Positions 32,980-43,222 of a DNA stretch of 61,334 bases are shown here, in pieces. The notes beneath the pieces are model-generated. The model had not been told where the DNA came from and searched no databases. It worked only from the letters and a program-made list of their open reading frames with translations. Position numbers and translations under genes: made by a program. Origin of the DNA: a virus; the IMG/VR virus record IMGVR_UViG_3300045988_079341; one strand, 5' to 3'. Positions within the stretch are counted from its first letter, which is position 1; the number at the start of each line of letters is the position of its first letter.

Positions 32980-33534
32980 ATGACAAGAGAACAGGTAATT
33001 AAGCTTTTCCCGGATGCGACAGACGATCAGATTACAGCACTTTTAAACCAGAACAATTCCGAGGTAGCAAGAGAAAAGGAGAAAGCTTCTGGCTATAAAG
33101 AAAAAGCGAGCAAGGCAGATGAGCTGCAAAAAAAAATCGACGAGCTTGAATCTGGAAATCTTTCCGAGATTGAAAAAGCAAACAAAGCCTTGGAAGAAGC
33201 AAATAAGCAGATTGCTGTTTTACAGAAAAACAATGCAATCAGAGATCAGAGAGAATCTGCTATGACGAATTTTAAAATTACGGCAGAGCAGGCAAAGACG
33301 GTAGTGAAAGACGACGGAAGTCTTGATTATTCTGAACTCGGGAAAATTATCTCCGAAAAAGAAACTGCGTCTGCGCAAGCAAAGGAACAGGAAATCGCAA
33401 AAAGCGCAGCTGTTCCGAATGGTGGGTCAGCAGGCGGAAATAAAGAAAAAACAGCCGATGTTGAGAATGCAGAACTGATCTCATTCGGAAATCAGGCGGC
33501 ATCAGCAGAAGCACAGAATCATTATGTGATTTAA
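32980..33534 (+). CDS. Scaffolding protein
   Basis: Charged coiled-coil protein directly upstream of the capsid genes. SD ggagg lies before ATG 32980. Confidence 0.65.
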   Translation: MTREQVIKLFPDATDDQITALLNQNNSEVAREKEKASGYKEKASKADELQKKIDELESGNLSEIEKANKALEEANKQIAVLQKNNAIRDQRESAMTNFKITAEQAKTVVKDDGSLDYSELGKIISEKETASAQAKEQEIAKSAAVPNGGSAGGNKEKTADVENAELISFGNQAASAEAQNHYVI

Positions 33535-33544
33535 GGAGGTTAAA

Positions 33545-33874
33545 ATGGGCAAACCAATCGAAAGGGATTTCACCCAGAAAAAAGGTATTTTAAAATTTTT
33601 CCCATATGAAGGGGCGGCGTGCATCGTTCCGCAGACGATGGCATCAAGTCCGGATGGAAATGGTAATAAGATCGTAAAGGCGGGTACACCATTCCCTAGC
33701 AACGACAACAAATGCGTTGGATATCTGCTGGAGGACGTGGATGTAACGATGGGATATGCTCCCGGCACTTATGTTTATCAGGGATCTATCGACAACAAAA
33801 AACTGACTGAAAATGGAGTAACTGTTGAGGAAACAGCAAAGGCTGCAACCCCGAGAGTTACTTTTTTTGACTAA
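33545..33874 (+). CDS. Putative head decoration / small capsid-associated protein
   Basis: Sits between the scaffold and major capsid genes. Function assigned by position only. Confidence 0.4.
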   Translation: MGKPIERDFTQKKGILKFFPYEGAACIVPQTMASSPDGNGNKIVKAGTPFPSNDNKCVGYLLEDVDVTMGYAPGTYVYQGSIDNKKLTENGVTVEETAKAATPRVTFFD

Positions 33875-33894
33875 AAAACAGGAGGAAATTAAGG

Positions 33895-34989
33895 ATGGCA
33901 TTACCTTTATCCGAAGCATTTACAGCCAGAAGCCTTGGCGTAATGTGGAATAACTACGAAAAAACACTTGGCTCCGCGCCGTATCTCGGGAGGCAGAAAT
34001 TCGGCACAAGAAAACAGGATTCTCTGGAGCTGAGATTCATTAAGGGGAAAAGTGGGCTTCCTGTTTCCCTGAAAGCATCTAATTTTGATGCACAGGCAGA
34101 GTTGAGAGATGTTGGCGGGTTCTCCGACATCCAGAACGAAATGCCTTTTTACCGTGAGTCATATATGGTAACAGAAAAAGAAGAACAGGAATACGACAAT
34201 TACAGAAGCGCAGAAAACACCAGCCTTGCGAATCAGGTCCTTCGCGAGATCAGCAAGAAACCAATGATGCTGATCGAAGGTGCTATGGTTGTACCAGAAC
34301 GTCAGATTTGGAGCTTGTTGGCACCGTTGGACGGCGTACCGAAAATCCCTGTAACAATCGGGAACAAGAGCTATACAGTCGAGTACACAAGAGACGGAGG
34401 AACAGCGCATAAAGCAGATCACTTCGTGGATATTTCCGGTAGCGATACAGATAAATGGTCTGAGGCGGCAACTGCGACACCGCTGGACGACTTGATCGAA
34501 GAAAGAAGAACATTTGCAAAGAAAACCGGCTATTCTCTGACACGATTCACAATGAACACGGAAACCTGGGAAATGGTTCTGAAGGCGGAGGATACAAAGA
34601 AACAGGTTCTTGGCATTACTGCTTATAACGGTGGAATCAGGCTGCAGCAGGCACAGGTAACGGAATATCTGCGTGGATACGGAATTGAAATCGAGGTTTA
34701 CGACAAGCTTTATGTAGACCCTGCAGATGGGAAGACAAAGTATTTTGTACCAACCGGTATTATTTCCGCACAGTCTGGCGGCGTTTACCTGGGAGATTAT
34801 GTATTCGGAAAGACTCCGGAAGAAAGAAGCGGAAGTATTACAGACGGCAATCTGTCTATCGTAGAAACTGGTATTTCTGTATACACATATGCAACCAATC
34901 ATCCGATCAATACGCATTGCATAGTGTCAATGATCGGTCTCCCTACCTTTGAAGGAATGGACAGCGTTGTGGTTATGAAAGTCGCTTAG
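33895..34989 (+). CDS. Major capsid protein
   Basis: 364 aa, positioned after the scaffold. N-terminus resembles lambda-E-like capsid proteins (from memory). Confidence 0.75.
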   Translation: MALPLSEAFTARSLGVMWNNYEKTLGSAPYLGRQKFGTRKQDSLELRFIKGKSGLPVSLKASNFDAQAELRDVGGFSDIQNEMPFYRESYMVTEKEEQEYDNYRSAENTSLANQVLREISKKPMMLIEGAMVVPERQIWSLLAPLDGVPKIPVTIGNKSYTVEYTRDGGTAHKADHFVDISGSDTDKWSEAATATPLDDLIEERRTFAKKTGYSLTRFTMNTETWEMVLKAEDTKKQVLGITAYNGGIRLQQAQVTEYLRGYGIEIEVYDKLYVDPADGKTKYFVPTGIISAQSGGVYLGDYVFGKTPEERSGSITDGNLSIVETGISVYTYATNHPINTHCIVSMIGLPTFEGMDSVVVMKVA

Positions 34990-34998
34990 GAGGCTTAA

Positions 34999-35241
34999 AT
35001 GATTGCTGAATACACAGTAAAGCGAAACGGAAAATGGTACAAAGCAGGTGAGTTTATTCCAGAAGCGGAAGTGTCTGCCTCTGGAATAAATCCAGAAAAA
35101 TTCCGGAAAACAAAAACAGAAATAAACATGATGAAAGTCGACGATCTTAGAGCGCTCGCGAAGCAGTATGGAATTGAAAACGCAGATTCCATGACGGGAA
35201 GCGCGATAAAGGAACATTTTGTGAAGATTTTCGATTTGTAG
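34999..35241 (+). CDS. Small protein with Rho-N/SAP-like helix-extension-helix motif
   Basis: MKVDDLRALAKQYGIENADSMTGSAIKEHF. Confidence 0.45.
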   Translation: MIAEYTVKRNGKWYKAGEFIPEAEVSASGINPEKFRKTKTEINMMKVDDLRALAKQYGIENADSMTGSAIKEHFVKIFDL

Positions 35242-35250
35242 GAGGGTTTT

Positions 35251-35613
35251 ATGGCTTACTCAATATTGGAACAGGTAAAAATACGATTAAAGCAATTCCA
35301 TATTGAAAGAGTAGAAAATTCTGACACAGTCGTGTTCGACAGCAAGGAGGACAACCCACTTCTTGAGCAGCTTATCGATCAGGTAAAACAGGAAATTGTT
35401 TCAAGGAAAATGTATCCAGATAGCTATACAGAAGAAAAAATAGAAATGGATATGAAAAAGTACGAAGGAAATATTGTGAATCTGGTTGTTTACGACCGTT
35501 CTCAGGCAGGAGAGTCATACATGGCATCTTATTCGGAAAATGGCGTAAGTAGGAGCTGGAAAGACAGAGAGGAGTTGTTTGCTGGTATTTATCCGTTTGT
35601 AAAAATCTTGTAA
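35251..35613 (+). CDS. Putative head-tail connector (gp6-like)
   Basis: Size and position after the capsid gene. Confidence 0.45.
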   Translation: MAYSILEQVKIRLKQFHIERVENSDTVVFDSKEDNPLLEQLIDQVKQEIVSRKMYPDSYTEEKIEMDMKKYEGNIVNLVVYDRSQAGESYMASYSENGVSRSWKDREELFAGIYPFVKIL

Positions 35614-35665
35614 TACATAGAAGATTGTGCGTTGCCTTATGGCAGCAGGCCGCACACATTGAGAG

Positions 35666-36034
35666 GTGGAGGGTAGTGTGCGAAATAAACATTATAAGGC
35701 GGTAAAAATGACGATAGCAAACATCATAAGCCTTGTTGCGCTTTCTTTCTCGATTGTATTTAGCGTTTGTTCTATGATTTTTTCTATTCGCGGGAACAAA
35801 CGAACAGACACAAAAGATATCGAAAGCAGAGCAAGGGAGAATGCAGAGTTAAATTGCAAACTCGATATCATAAGCAAGAACACGGCAGATATTAAATATG
35901 ATATATCAGCCGTAAAAAAAGACGTGCAGGCACACGGCGAAAAAATCGTAGAGCTTGACGCATCTGTAAAATCGGCGCATCACCGCATAGATGGTATCGA
36001 AACACGATTAAATAACAAGGAGGCAACACCATGA
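35666..36034 (+). CDS. Membrane-anchored coiled-coil protein (XhlA-like?)
   Basis: [22 protein letters not shown] followed by a coiled coil. The start is uncertain (35666 or ATG 35708). Confidence 0.45.
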   Translation: MEGSVRNKHYKAVKMTIANIISLVALSFSIVFSVCSMIFSIRGNKRTDTKDIESRARENAELNCKLDIISKNTADIKYDISAVKKDVQAHGEKIVELDASVKSAHHRIDGIETRLNNKEATP

Positions 36035-36237
36035 GCGAATACGGTATGAAGTGGATGAAGGCGGCTGCAGTGCGAGCTGTTAAAACATGCGCACAGACAG
36101 CAGTTGCTACAATCGGAACGGCGGCGGTCATTGGAGACGTAAACTGGGTTATGGTAGCGTCTGCGTCAGTTCTCGCAGGATGCTTATCTATTTTGACAAG
36201 TATCGCCGGACTTCCGGAGGTTAAAGAAGATGCTTGA
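36031..36237 (+). CDS. Holin-like small membrane protein (LL-H-type pattern)
   Basis: [24 protein letters not shown]...[17 protein letters not shown]. Confidence 0.5.
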   Translation: MSEYGMKWMKAAAVRAVKTCAQTAVATIGTAAVIGDVNWVMVASASVLAGCLSILTSIAGLPEVKEDA

Positions 36238-36652
36238 CATAAATAAACAAGAAATGTTGTATTCGCTTCCGAATGGAAGAGGACCCGTGTACGAATTGGA
36301 CGAAAACGGGGACGTTAAATACATTGTCATTGATGGCGAATCCGTACCGGTTATTACAGGTGAAACAGAAACCGCATATGAAGAGCCGGTCAAATTTTTT
36401 GCGAATATAAGCAACAAGCTAAGCGAAGCGTTGATGAAAGAATTCGGGATAGACCAATCCACAAATTACGTGCAGATTGCGTCTGATAAAGGGAGGCTGC
36501 CTCTAACGATTGGCAGCCTTGTTTGGAAAAAATCTTCTGTGGCGCATAAAAATCTTAGACCAGACCCAAAGTCCGCTGACTATAAAGTTATTGGAGTTGC
36601 AGACGAAGGATTGACGGTCGACTTGTTTTTGCTCCAAAAAAACGTTAAGTAG
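36230..36652 (+). CDS. Putative head-tail joining protein
   Basis: Assigned by position only. Confidence 0.4.
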   Translation: MLDINKQEMLYSLPNGRGPVYELDENGDVKYIVIDGESVPVITGETETAYEEPVKFFANISNKLSEALMKEFGIDQSTNYVQIASDKGRLPLTIGSLVWKKSSVAHKNLRPDPKSADYKVIGVADEGLTVDLFLLQKNVK

Positions 36653-36659
36653 GTTTGAC

Positions 36660-37208
36660 ATGGCAAGACATAACATCACAATAGGGCTGTCCCCTAAATC
36701 GATTGATATTGCAATAAAAGAGCTCCGAAAATACAAGGAATATTTGCGAAAAAAAACAGATGAACTTGTAAAAGCATTGGCAGAGTCTGGAATACCAGTC
36801 ATTGACGAAAACATGGGCGCGGCCAACTATACATATGACGAAAATGGGGTCAGAAGCGGTTCTGATACATCCCATTACAGTTATGTGAAAATGGAATCGT
36901 TCGGGGACGTCTCCCGTGCAAAACTTGTCGTAGAAGGAAAAGAACTTCTGTTTATCGAATTTGGGGCTGGCGTTTATTACAATGGGTCTGCAGGAGCAAG
37001 CCCACACCCTAAAGGTCAGGAGTTCGGCTTTCTGATAGGCTCTTATGGCGCAGGACATGGACAGCGAAAAGTCTGGGGGTATTACGATGATGATGGTAAA
37101 TTGGTGTTAACGCATGGCGTGGAAGCAACTATGCCCGTTTTAAAAGCGAGTCAGGAAATTATCGAAAACTATGTTTCGGTCGCAAGGAAGGTGTTTGGAA
37201 ATGGATAA
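36660..37208 (+). CDS. Putative tail-completion protein (HK97 gp10-like)
   Basis: Position, plus an N-terminal IDIAIKELRKYKEYLRKKTDELVKALAE pattern. Confidence 0.4.
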   Translation: MARHNITIGLSPKSIDIAIKELRKYKEYLRKKTDELVKALAESGIPVIDENMGAANYTYDENGVRSGSDTSHYSYVKMESFGDVSRAKLVVEGKELLFIEFGAGVYYNGSAGASPHPKGQEFGFLIGSYGAGHGQRKVWGYYDDDGKLVLTHGVEATMPVLKASQEIIENYVSVARKVFGNG

Positions 37209-37614
37209 TAACAACATGTGGGCAATGGATTTTGAAACCACAATATTTACCATGTTTTCATTTTTTCTGAGAAAGCACTTTTCTGAGAAATACCCAGACA
37301 TGAACATTACACAGGACGAGGAACAAGACGGAAATCCGATTTTCCCGACAATTTTGCTTCGCCAGATGCTAATGTCGGAAACCGGAAAAGACATCGAAGG
37401 GACTTCGATCAATGCAATTCGCACAACAATGCAGGTAAATATTACGTACAAAGGGAAAAAGCAGAATTTGAAAGAACTTACTTCTTATTCTGTTTTATTT
37501 TTTAAAAAATATGGATTTGAAATATCGAACGTTTTTTACAGTGTTTCAAACGATATAAGAGCTTCCACTTTTCGAGCAAAAAGAATTGTTGGAGCAAGTG
37601 ACATTTTGAATTAA
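37201..37614 (+). CDS. Putative tail terminator / structural protein
   Basis: Assigned by position. ATG 37201 overlaps the upstream stop. Confidence 0.4.
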   Translation: MDNNNMWAMDFETTIFTMFSFFLRKHFSEKYPDMNITQDEEQDGNPIFPTILLRQMLMSETGKDIEGTSINAIRTTMQVNITYKGKKQNLKELTSYSVLFFKKYGFEISNVFYSVSNDIRASTFRAKRIVGASDILN

Positions 37615-37657
37615 GAGCTGAAAAGCTCTTATTTTTTTGACAAAAAGGAGGTAACTT

Positions 37658-38122
37658 ATGGAAGCTGGAATTTCCACGCTTGGGATTACATTCGGTTACG
37701 GGACAGAGACGACAGCTGGTGAAAAGCCAACAACATTTACTCAGTTGCATCGAATAAATGCAATAGGCGGCATTACAATCGAAAACGAGCAGATTGATGC
37801 ATCGGCTGTAGAAGACCTTGTATCGAGATACGTCAGAGGACGTGGCGATACAGGCGGTTCCTTCCCTGTGACTGTCAACTTTACATCAGAAACAAAAGAA
37901 GAATGGAGCAGCGTTATCACTGCTTACAATGCACTTAACGGCGGAAAACGCATGTGGTTCGAGACCATTATCCCAGGATTTGACGATGCGTTTTTTGTAG
38001 TTGCAGAACCGCCGACAGCTATTCCTGCTCCGGAGATTTCTCAGAACGAGCTGCTTACCGTGGAAATGGGATTGACAATTGAAGAGTACAAAGGAATGGA
38101 AACAAAGGTTGCATTCGCATAA
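37658..38122 (+). CDS. Major tail protein
   Basis: 154 aa, strong SD aaaggagg, directly upstream of the chaperone pair and the tape measure gene. Confidence 0.65.
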   Translation: MEAGISTLGITFGYGTETTAGEKPTTFTQLHRINAIGGITIENEQIDASAVEDLVSRYVRGRGDTGGSFPVTVNFTSETKEEWSSVITAYNALNGGKRMWFETIIPGFDDAFFVVAEPPTAIPAPEISQNELLTVEMGLTIEEYKGMETKVAFA

Positions 38123-38128
38123 GAACTT

Positions 38129-38155
38129 GACGGGGCGCTTGCCCCGTCTTTTTTT
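38129..38155 (+). terminator. Rho-independent terminator/attenuator after the major tail gene
   Basis: Stem gacggggc/gccccgtc with loop gctt, followed by ttttttt. Confidence 0.8.
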
Positions 38156-38170
38156 GAAAGGTAATAAAAA

Positions 38171-38479
38171 ATGAAAACATTTAAAATTAACAACAAAATT
38201 TATTCACCAGTTCCGTTTGATTTCAATTTTATTTGCGATCTGGAAGACATGGGAGTCTCTCTTGAGAGAGCAGGTGAAAAACCTATGTCTATGTTAAGAG
38301 CATATTTCGCAAAGTGCACCGGAAGGGGTACGGAGTTCGCCGGAAAAGAAATGGAAGCCCATATGATTAACGGTGGAAGCCTTAAGGATATCATGGACGT
38401 TATGGCAGAGGAAATGAAAAAATCTGATTTTTTTCGCAGCCTCAGCCAGAGCCAGGAAACGAACGATCAGGCGGGCTAA
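38171..38479 (+). CDS. Tail assembly chaperone (G-like)
   Basis: Lies between the major tail and tape measure genes. Contains a T7 slippery run near its 3' end. Confidence 0.7.
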   Translation: MKTFKINNKIYSPVPFDFNFICDLEDMGVSLERAGEKPMSMLRAYFAKCTGRGTEFAGKEMEAHMINGGSLKDIMDVMAEEMKKSDFFRSLSQSQETNDQAG

Positions 38480-38892
38480 ATCAAAAATTTCAAAACGGGA
38501 AAAAGTACAATTCACAAAGAGAACGTTTTGAAAAAGAGTGGTTCCCAATAGCATACTCTATGGGCGTTTCCTGGAATGATTTTTGGAAAATGAACCCTAG
38601 AATTATCAAGGCTATCTCAAACGGGTACAACGAAAAACTAAAAAGGCAGGACTACATGTTGTGGCTGAATAATCAGTACACATTGTCTGCTGTTTACACT
38701 GCCTTAGACCACTTGCTGAATGGGAAAAAGGCAAAATCGGAATATTTTAAAAGACCAATAATAGAAGAGACTTTAAAAAGAAAACAACTAAACGAAGATG
38801 ACTTGCAGAAGCAGCGAGAATTGTTTGTTGCAAAACTCGAAACAATGAAAGCGAACTTCGAAATTGCACACCCTGAAAAGAAACAGAAGTGA
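38428..38892 (+). CDS. -1 frame extension of the tail assembly chaperone (GT-like fusion)
   Basis: The -1 frame is open from 38428 through 38892. T-TTT-TTT heptamer at 38428..38434. The ATG at 38560 lies well inside the open frame. Confidence 0.65.
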   Translation, partial: FFSQPQPEPGNERSGGLNQKFQNGKKYNSQRERFEKEWFPIAYSMGVSWNDFWKMNPRIIKAISNGYNEKLKRQDYMLWLNNQYTLSAVYTALDHLLNGKKAKSEYFKRPIIEETLKRKQLNEDDLQKQRELFVAKLETMKANFEIAHPEKKQK

Positions 38893-38906
38893 AGGTGGTG
38901 GTTTAA

Positions 38907-41900
38907 ATGCCGAATGAAATAGATTCCTTGGAAGTATCAATTGAGTCCGACGCGAGCAAAGCAAATTCGGAAGTTGACAGTTTAATATCTAAGCTGCGGG
39001 ATCTTTCTTCTGTTATTTCTAAAATTCGCGGTGATAAAGCTTTCGAAAGCATGAGAGACGGAGCAGAGGAAATTGCTGGAGAATTTAAAAAAGCCGCAAA
39101 ACCAGTTGCAGAAGTGAAAACAGATATCAAAAAATTGGTATCTGAAATAAGCAAAAAAAGTATCGACATAAAACCAGAAGTTGACACGTCGAATGCAGAA
39201 GCAGAAACAAAAAAATGGCAGAATCAGCTTCGGAGTGCTCAAAATGCGCTGAACAGGATTCTTGCATCCTCAGACCCGGAAAAACAGTCTAAAGGAATTG
39301 AAAGATATATAATTCGAATCAACGAAGCGAAAAACGCACTGGAGCAGTTAAAAAACGTTTCCGCGAAACCGGCAGAATCAGATATGGATCATATTGATGC
39401 TTCAATCAAGCGCATGTACGAAAGGCAAAAAGCGGAATCGAAACCAAACAAGGAATGGGAAAACGGACGCGTTGAGCCACTCGGATCCATGAAACATGAA
39501 GGAGCTCCTATACCCGATTTCCTTAAAAGCAACGACATAAAAGAAGCGTCAGAGGAACTTTCCGATTTCGAAAAAACGTTGGAAAGTGTGCAGGCACTAG
39601 AGTTCAAAGGCAGCGGATTTTTCGAAATGGAAAAATGGGTAAGCGATCTGCAAAGTAGGCTTGAACAGCTCCTGAACAAGCAGGAAAAGCTTCAAGATTT
39701 GGGGACAAATGTAGATACGCAAAGGCTGCAAAGCATCGCATACGATATCGAGCAAATATCAAAGACGTTGGATGTATACGAAGGAAAGGTAGAATCCGCA
39801 AGGAAAGCAGGGCAGCTTGATATTAAGGTTCCCAAAATTGATGCAGACGTAAAAGATTCAGACATTAAGTCGGTAAGAGAAAAAATAACAAGCGCTCTTT
39901 CCGGTGCAAAAATTGTTATTCCCACAGATGGAATGAATGAAATCCAAAAAGAACTTGATAAGGTAAAACGAAAATACGACGACATTGCAAAATCAATGTC
40001 CGTAAAATCTTCTATTACTCCATTTTACGGAGCAACTGTTGATTTCAAGAAAAAGCAGGCAGAATTAGCTGCATTACGACAGGAATACCAAGATCTTATC
40101 AATAAGCAGAAAGAACTATCACTGTCTGGCGGATTTCAGCTTAATTTTAAAGGGCTTTCTGATGGTGCAAAAACACTTGGCAAAAATATTACTCCTGTTG
40201 CTTCTGCGTTGTCCAAGGCTAACAAGCATTTAAGTTCTTTCACTAGGAAAGTTGCATCCACTCTGGCACCGACGAAAAAACTGAAATCTGCGATGGGCGG
40301 TCTTGATCTGTCTAGCGCAGGACTTGCAAAAAGCCTATTGCGGACGAGCAAGATGCTGAAATTGATGGTCGTCCGAATGGCGTTGCGTGGAGTTATCGAC
40401 GGCGTAAAACAGGGAATGGTTGGTCTGTCCCAGTACAGCAACGAGACAAATAAGAGTCTGTCTCTTTTGATGAGCTCATTGAAACAACTAAGCGCATCTT
40501 TTGCAGCGGCCGTGTCTCCAATTATAAACGCATTTGCGCCGGCATTGGACTTTATTATCCAGAAAATCATCGCTGTTGTAAATATGATAAATCAGCTTTT
40601 TTCTGCGCTGACTGGCAAAAATACGTTTATATACGCAAAGAAGCAGGCGGATGATTTTGCAACAGCTGTCGGCGGGGCGAACAAGAATGCCAAAAAGCTG
40701 AATCAGACGCTTCTTGGAATTGATGAATTAAATATAAACAATCCGGACAAAAACAGCGGCGGTAGTTCCGGGAGCGGAATAACTGGAAGCGACTTTGAAG
40801 AAAAACCAATTGAAAACAAGTACAAAGACCTGGCGGACAAGATCAAAGATTTCTTTTCGAAATTATTTGCACCTCTGAAAGAAGCATGGAACCGGGAAGG
40901 CCAGTTCGTAATGGATTCCTGGAAATACGCGCTGGACGAGGTCAAAAAGCTTGTGCAAGACATTGGGCGGGACTTCCTGATTATGTGGAATCAGGAAGAG
41001 ACGATCGCGATGCTTGCGGACATCCTGCATATCATCGGGGATATCGGGCTGGTGGTAGGAAACCTGGCAAAAAACTTCCGCGAAGCGTGGAACGCAAATG
41101 ATGCAGGACTGCGGACATTGGAAAACATCCGCGATATTTTTGCGGTAATTATTTACAATATCCGGCAGGCTGCAGATGCTACCGTGGAATGGTCGGCAGG
41201 TTTGAACTTTAAGCCATTGATGGAGATGATCGCGCAGTATACGCAGTCTCTGATTCCGGTGTTTGATGCGCTGTCCGGCGTGATGACAGATTTTTATACA
41301 CAGGTGCTTTTACCGCTTGGGAAATGGACGATCGAAAATGGGCTGCCTGAACTGTTGAATATTTTGAAACAGTTCAATGAAAGCATAGACTGGTCAGCAA
41401 TGCGCCAGGAGCTTTCTGATTTGTGGCTGCATCTAGAACCGTTCGCAGAAACAGTAGGTCAAGGATTGCTTGACTTTATCCGTGATCTATCCGAAAAAAT
41501 ATCGTCTTTTGCAAACAGTGAAGTTTTTTTGAGCGTACTCGATGAAATAAAGAAGTGGCTGAACAGCGTAAAACCAGAGGGAGTAACAAATGCACTAAAA
41601 GATCTGGCAAAGGCTCTTGTGGCATTTAAGGTCGCAGTTGTCGCAGTTGACATCGCATTAAAAGGGACGATGATTGTACAGACCCTTACGAAAATAGGAG
41701 CGGCATTCGAATCATTGCGTCTTTTTGTTCAGAATTTTATTGCGTTCTTTACTGGAATACCATGGCTGGAAATCTTTCAAAGCATGAATCCGGCAATGCA
41801 AGCGGAGTTGTTTTTTAGACTGGAAGACAAAATTGCAGGAACATTTCTTGATCCGTTTTCGTGGGACAATGTAATCGGAGACTTGCTACGCGGGATTGGA

Positions 41901-43178
41901 AATGCACTTGGATTGCTTGCGGACGGAATCATCGAGCTGCTGAGCGAACCGCTCGAAGTGGGTAAGAGAGCGATTGAATCCATTTTTGACATAAGCTGGG
42001 TGCAGGAACTATTTGAAAAGTGCCTTGAAAATTTCAGGAGTGCATTCAAAGGAGAAGAGATAGGTAAAAATATAGCCGAAGGATTTTTCAATGGTATTTC
42101 TGCTGCTTTTGGGCTTTTACTTGCACCGATTGTCAATATTTTCAGCGATATTGTCGAGGCGGTTTGCGAGCTTTTAGGCATCCATTCTCCGAGTACGGTT
42201 TTTGCAGAGATCGGCGAAAATGTTATTTCTGGCTTACTGCTGGGAATCAGCGAGTTTTGGAATACGATAATTGAATTTTTCACAAATTCTTTTGCCGAGC
42301 TAATAGCTTTCTTTTCAAACAGCTGGCTATCTATTCAGGAAGGTGTAACAAATGTTTGGAATAACATTACGTCATTCTTGACAAAAACGTGGACGAACAT
42401 TTCTACTACTGCAAGCGCGATTTGGAATGCGATAAAGCTTTTTTTGATTACCACATGGACAAATATAAAAACAATTGCTATCGAAACATGGACAACCATA
42501 AAAGATAAGATTGTTGAAATCTGGAATAAGGTAAAAGAAAAAGCGGAAGAAATATGGGATAAAGTAAAAGAAGTAGTAAAGGAAAAATTTGACAAAATCA
42601 AAGAAAAATCCGATGAACTGATCGAAAAGTTTCGGAATTTAAAGGAAGAAGTAAAGGAAAAATTCGAGAGTGTAAAAGAAATCATCAACAACACGATCGG
42701 ATCCGCAATTGACAAGCTTGCAGGATTTATCGATAAGCTGAGGGAAGCCGGTCAAGCTGTCAAGGATTTCCTCGAGAGTGGGTATGAAAAAGTAAGCGGA
42801 ATAATTGGTAGTATTGGCGGAGCACTCGGAATATCTGCGCACTCTGACGATGCAGCATCCAACCCAGTTGCTTTCAGCATTCCCGCATACGCGGTCGGAG
42901 GATTCCCTGAAGATGGATTGTTTTATGCGAATCATAATGAACTTGTTGGCTCGTTTGGAAACGGGAAAACTGCCGTAGCAAATAACGATCAGATAATCGA
43001 AGGCATCCGAAGCGGCGTTGAATCTGCCGTAGAAAACGTCCTTGCGCCGTATCTGGAACAGATTGTGCAGAATACGAGAGAAACAGCAGAAAAAGAAAGC
43101 AGTATAAGCATTGATGGCAGAGAACTTATAACCGCCATAGATGCGAGAAGCAAAAGGAACGGATATTCGTTCACGTAA
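38907..43178 (+). CDS. Tape measure protein
   Basis: 1423 aa, helical and coiled-coil rich, in the canonical position. Confidence 0.85.
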   Translation: MPNEIDSLEVSIESDASKANSEVDSLISKLRDLSSVISKIRGDKAFESMRDGAEEIAGEFKKAAKPVAEVKTDIKKLVSEISKKSIDIKPEVDTSNAEAETKKWQNQLRSAQNALNRILASSDPEKQSKGIERYIIRINEAKNALEQLKNVSAKPAESDMDHIDASIKRMYERQKAESKPNKEWENGRVEPLGSMKHEGAPIPDFLKSNDIKEASEELSDFEKTLESVQALEFKGSGFFEMEKWVSDLQSRLEQLLNKQEKLQDLGTNVDTQRLQSIAYDIEQISKTLDVYEGKVESARKAGQLDIKVPKIDADVKDSDIKSVREKITSALSGAKIVIPTDGMNEIQKELDKVKRKYDDIAKSMSVKSSITPFYGATVDFKKKQAELAALRQEYQDLINKQKELSLSGGFQLNFKGLSDGAKTLGKNITPVASALSKANKHLSSFTRKVASTLAPTKKLKSAMGGLDLSSAGLAKSLLRTSKMLKLMVVRMALRGVIDGVKQGMVGLSQYSNETNKSLSLLMSSLKQLSASFAAAVSPIINAFAPALDFIIQKIIAVVNMINQLFSALTGKNTFIYAKKQADDFATAVGGANKNAKKLNQTLLGIDELNINNPDKNSGGSSGSGITGSDFEEKPIENKYKDLADKIKDFFSKLFAPLKEAWNREGQFVMDSWKYALDEVKKLVQDIGRDFLIMWNQEETIAMLADILHIIGDIGLVVGNLAKNFREAWNANDAGLRTLENIRDIFAVIIYNIRQAADATVEWSAGLNFKPLMEMIAQYTQSLIPVFDALSGVMTDFYTQVLLPLGKWTIENGLPELLNILKQFNESIDWSAMRQELSDLWLHLEPFAETVGQGLLDFIRDLSEKISSFANSEVFLSVLDEIKKWLNSVKPEGVTNALKDLAKALVAFKVAVVAVDIALKGTMIVQTLTKIGAAFESLRLFVQNFIAFFTGIPWLEIFQSMNPAMQAELFFRLEDKIAGTFLDPFSWDNVIGDLLRGIGNALGLLADGIIELLSEPLEVGKRAIESIFDISWVQELFEKCLENFRSAFKGEEIGKNIAEGFFNGISAAFGLLLAPIVNIFSDIVEAVCELLGIHSPSTVFAEIGENVISGLLLGISEFWNTIIEFFTNSFAELIAFFSNSWLSIQEGVTNVWNNITSFLTKTWTNISTTASAIWNAIKLFLITTWTNIKTIAIETWTTIKDKIVEIWNKVKEKAEEIWDKVKEVVKEKFDKIKEKSDELIEKFRNLKEEVKEKFESVKEIINNTIGSAIDKLAGFIDKLREAGQAVKDFLESGYEKVSGIIGSIGGALGISAHSDDAASNPVAFSIPAYAVGGFPEDGLFYANHNELVGSFGNGKTAVANNDQIIEGIRSGVESAVENVLAPYLEQIVQNTRETAEKESSISIDGRELITAIDARSKRNGYSFT

Positions 43179-43182
43179 GATT

Positions 43183-43209
43183 AAGGCGGCAATCTTGCCG
43201 CCTTTTTTT
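43183..43209 (+). terminator. Terminator-like hairpin after the tape measure gene
   Basis: Stem aaggcggca/tgccgcctt followed by ttttttt. Confidence 0.65.
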
Positions 43210-43222
43210 GCGAGGTGATTTT

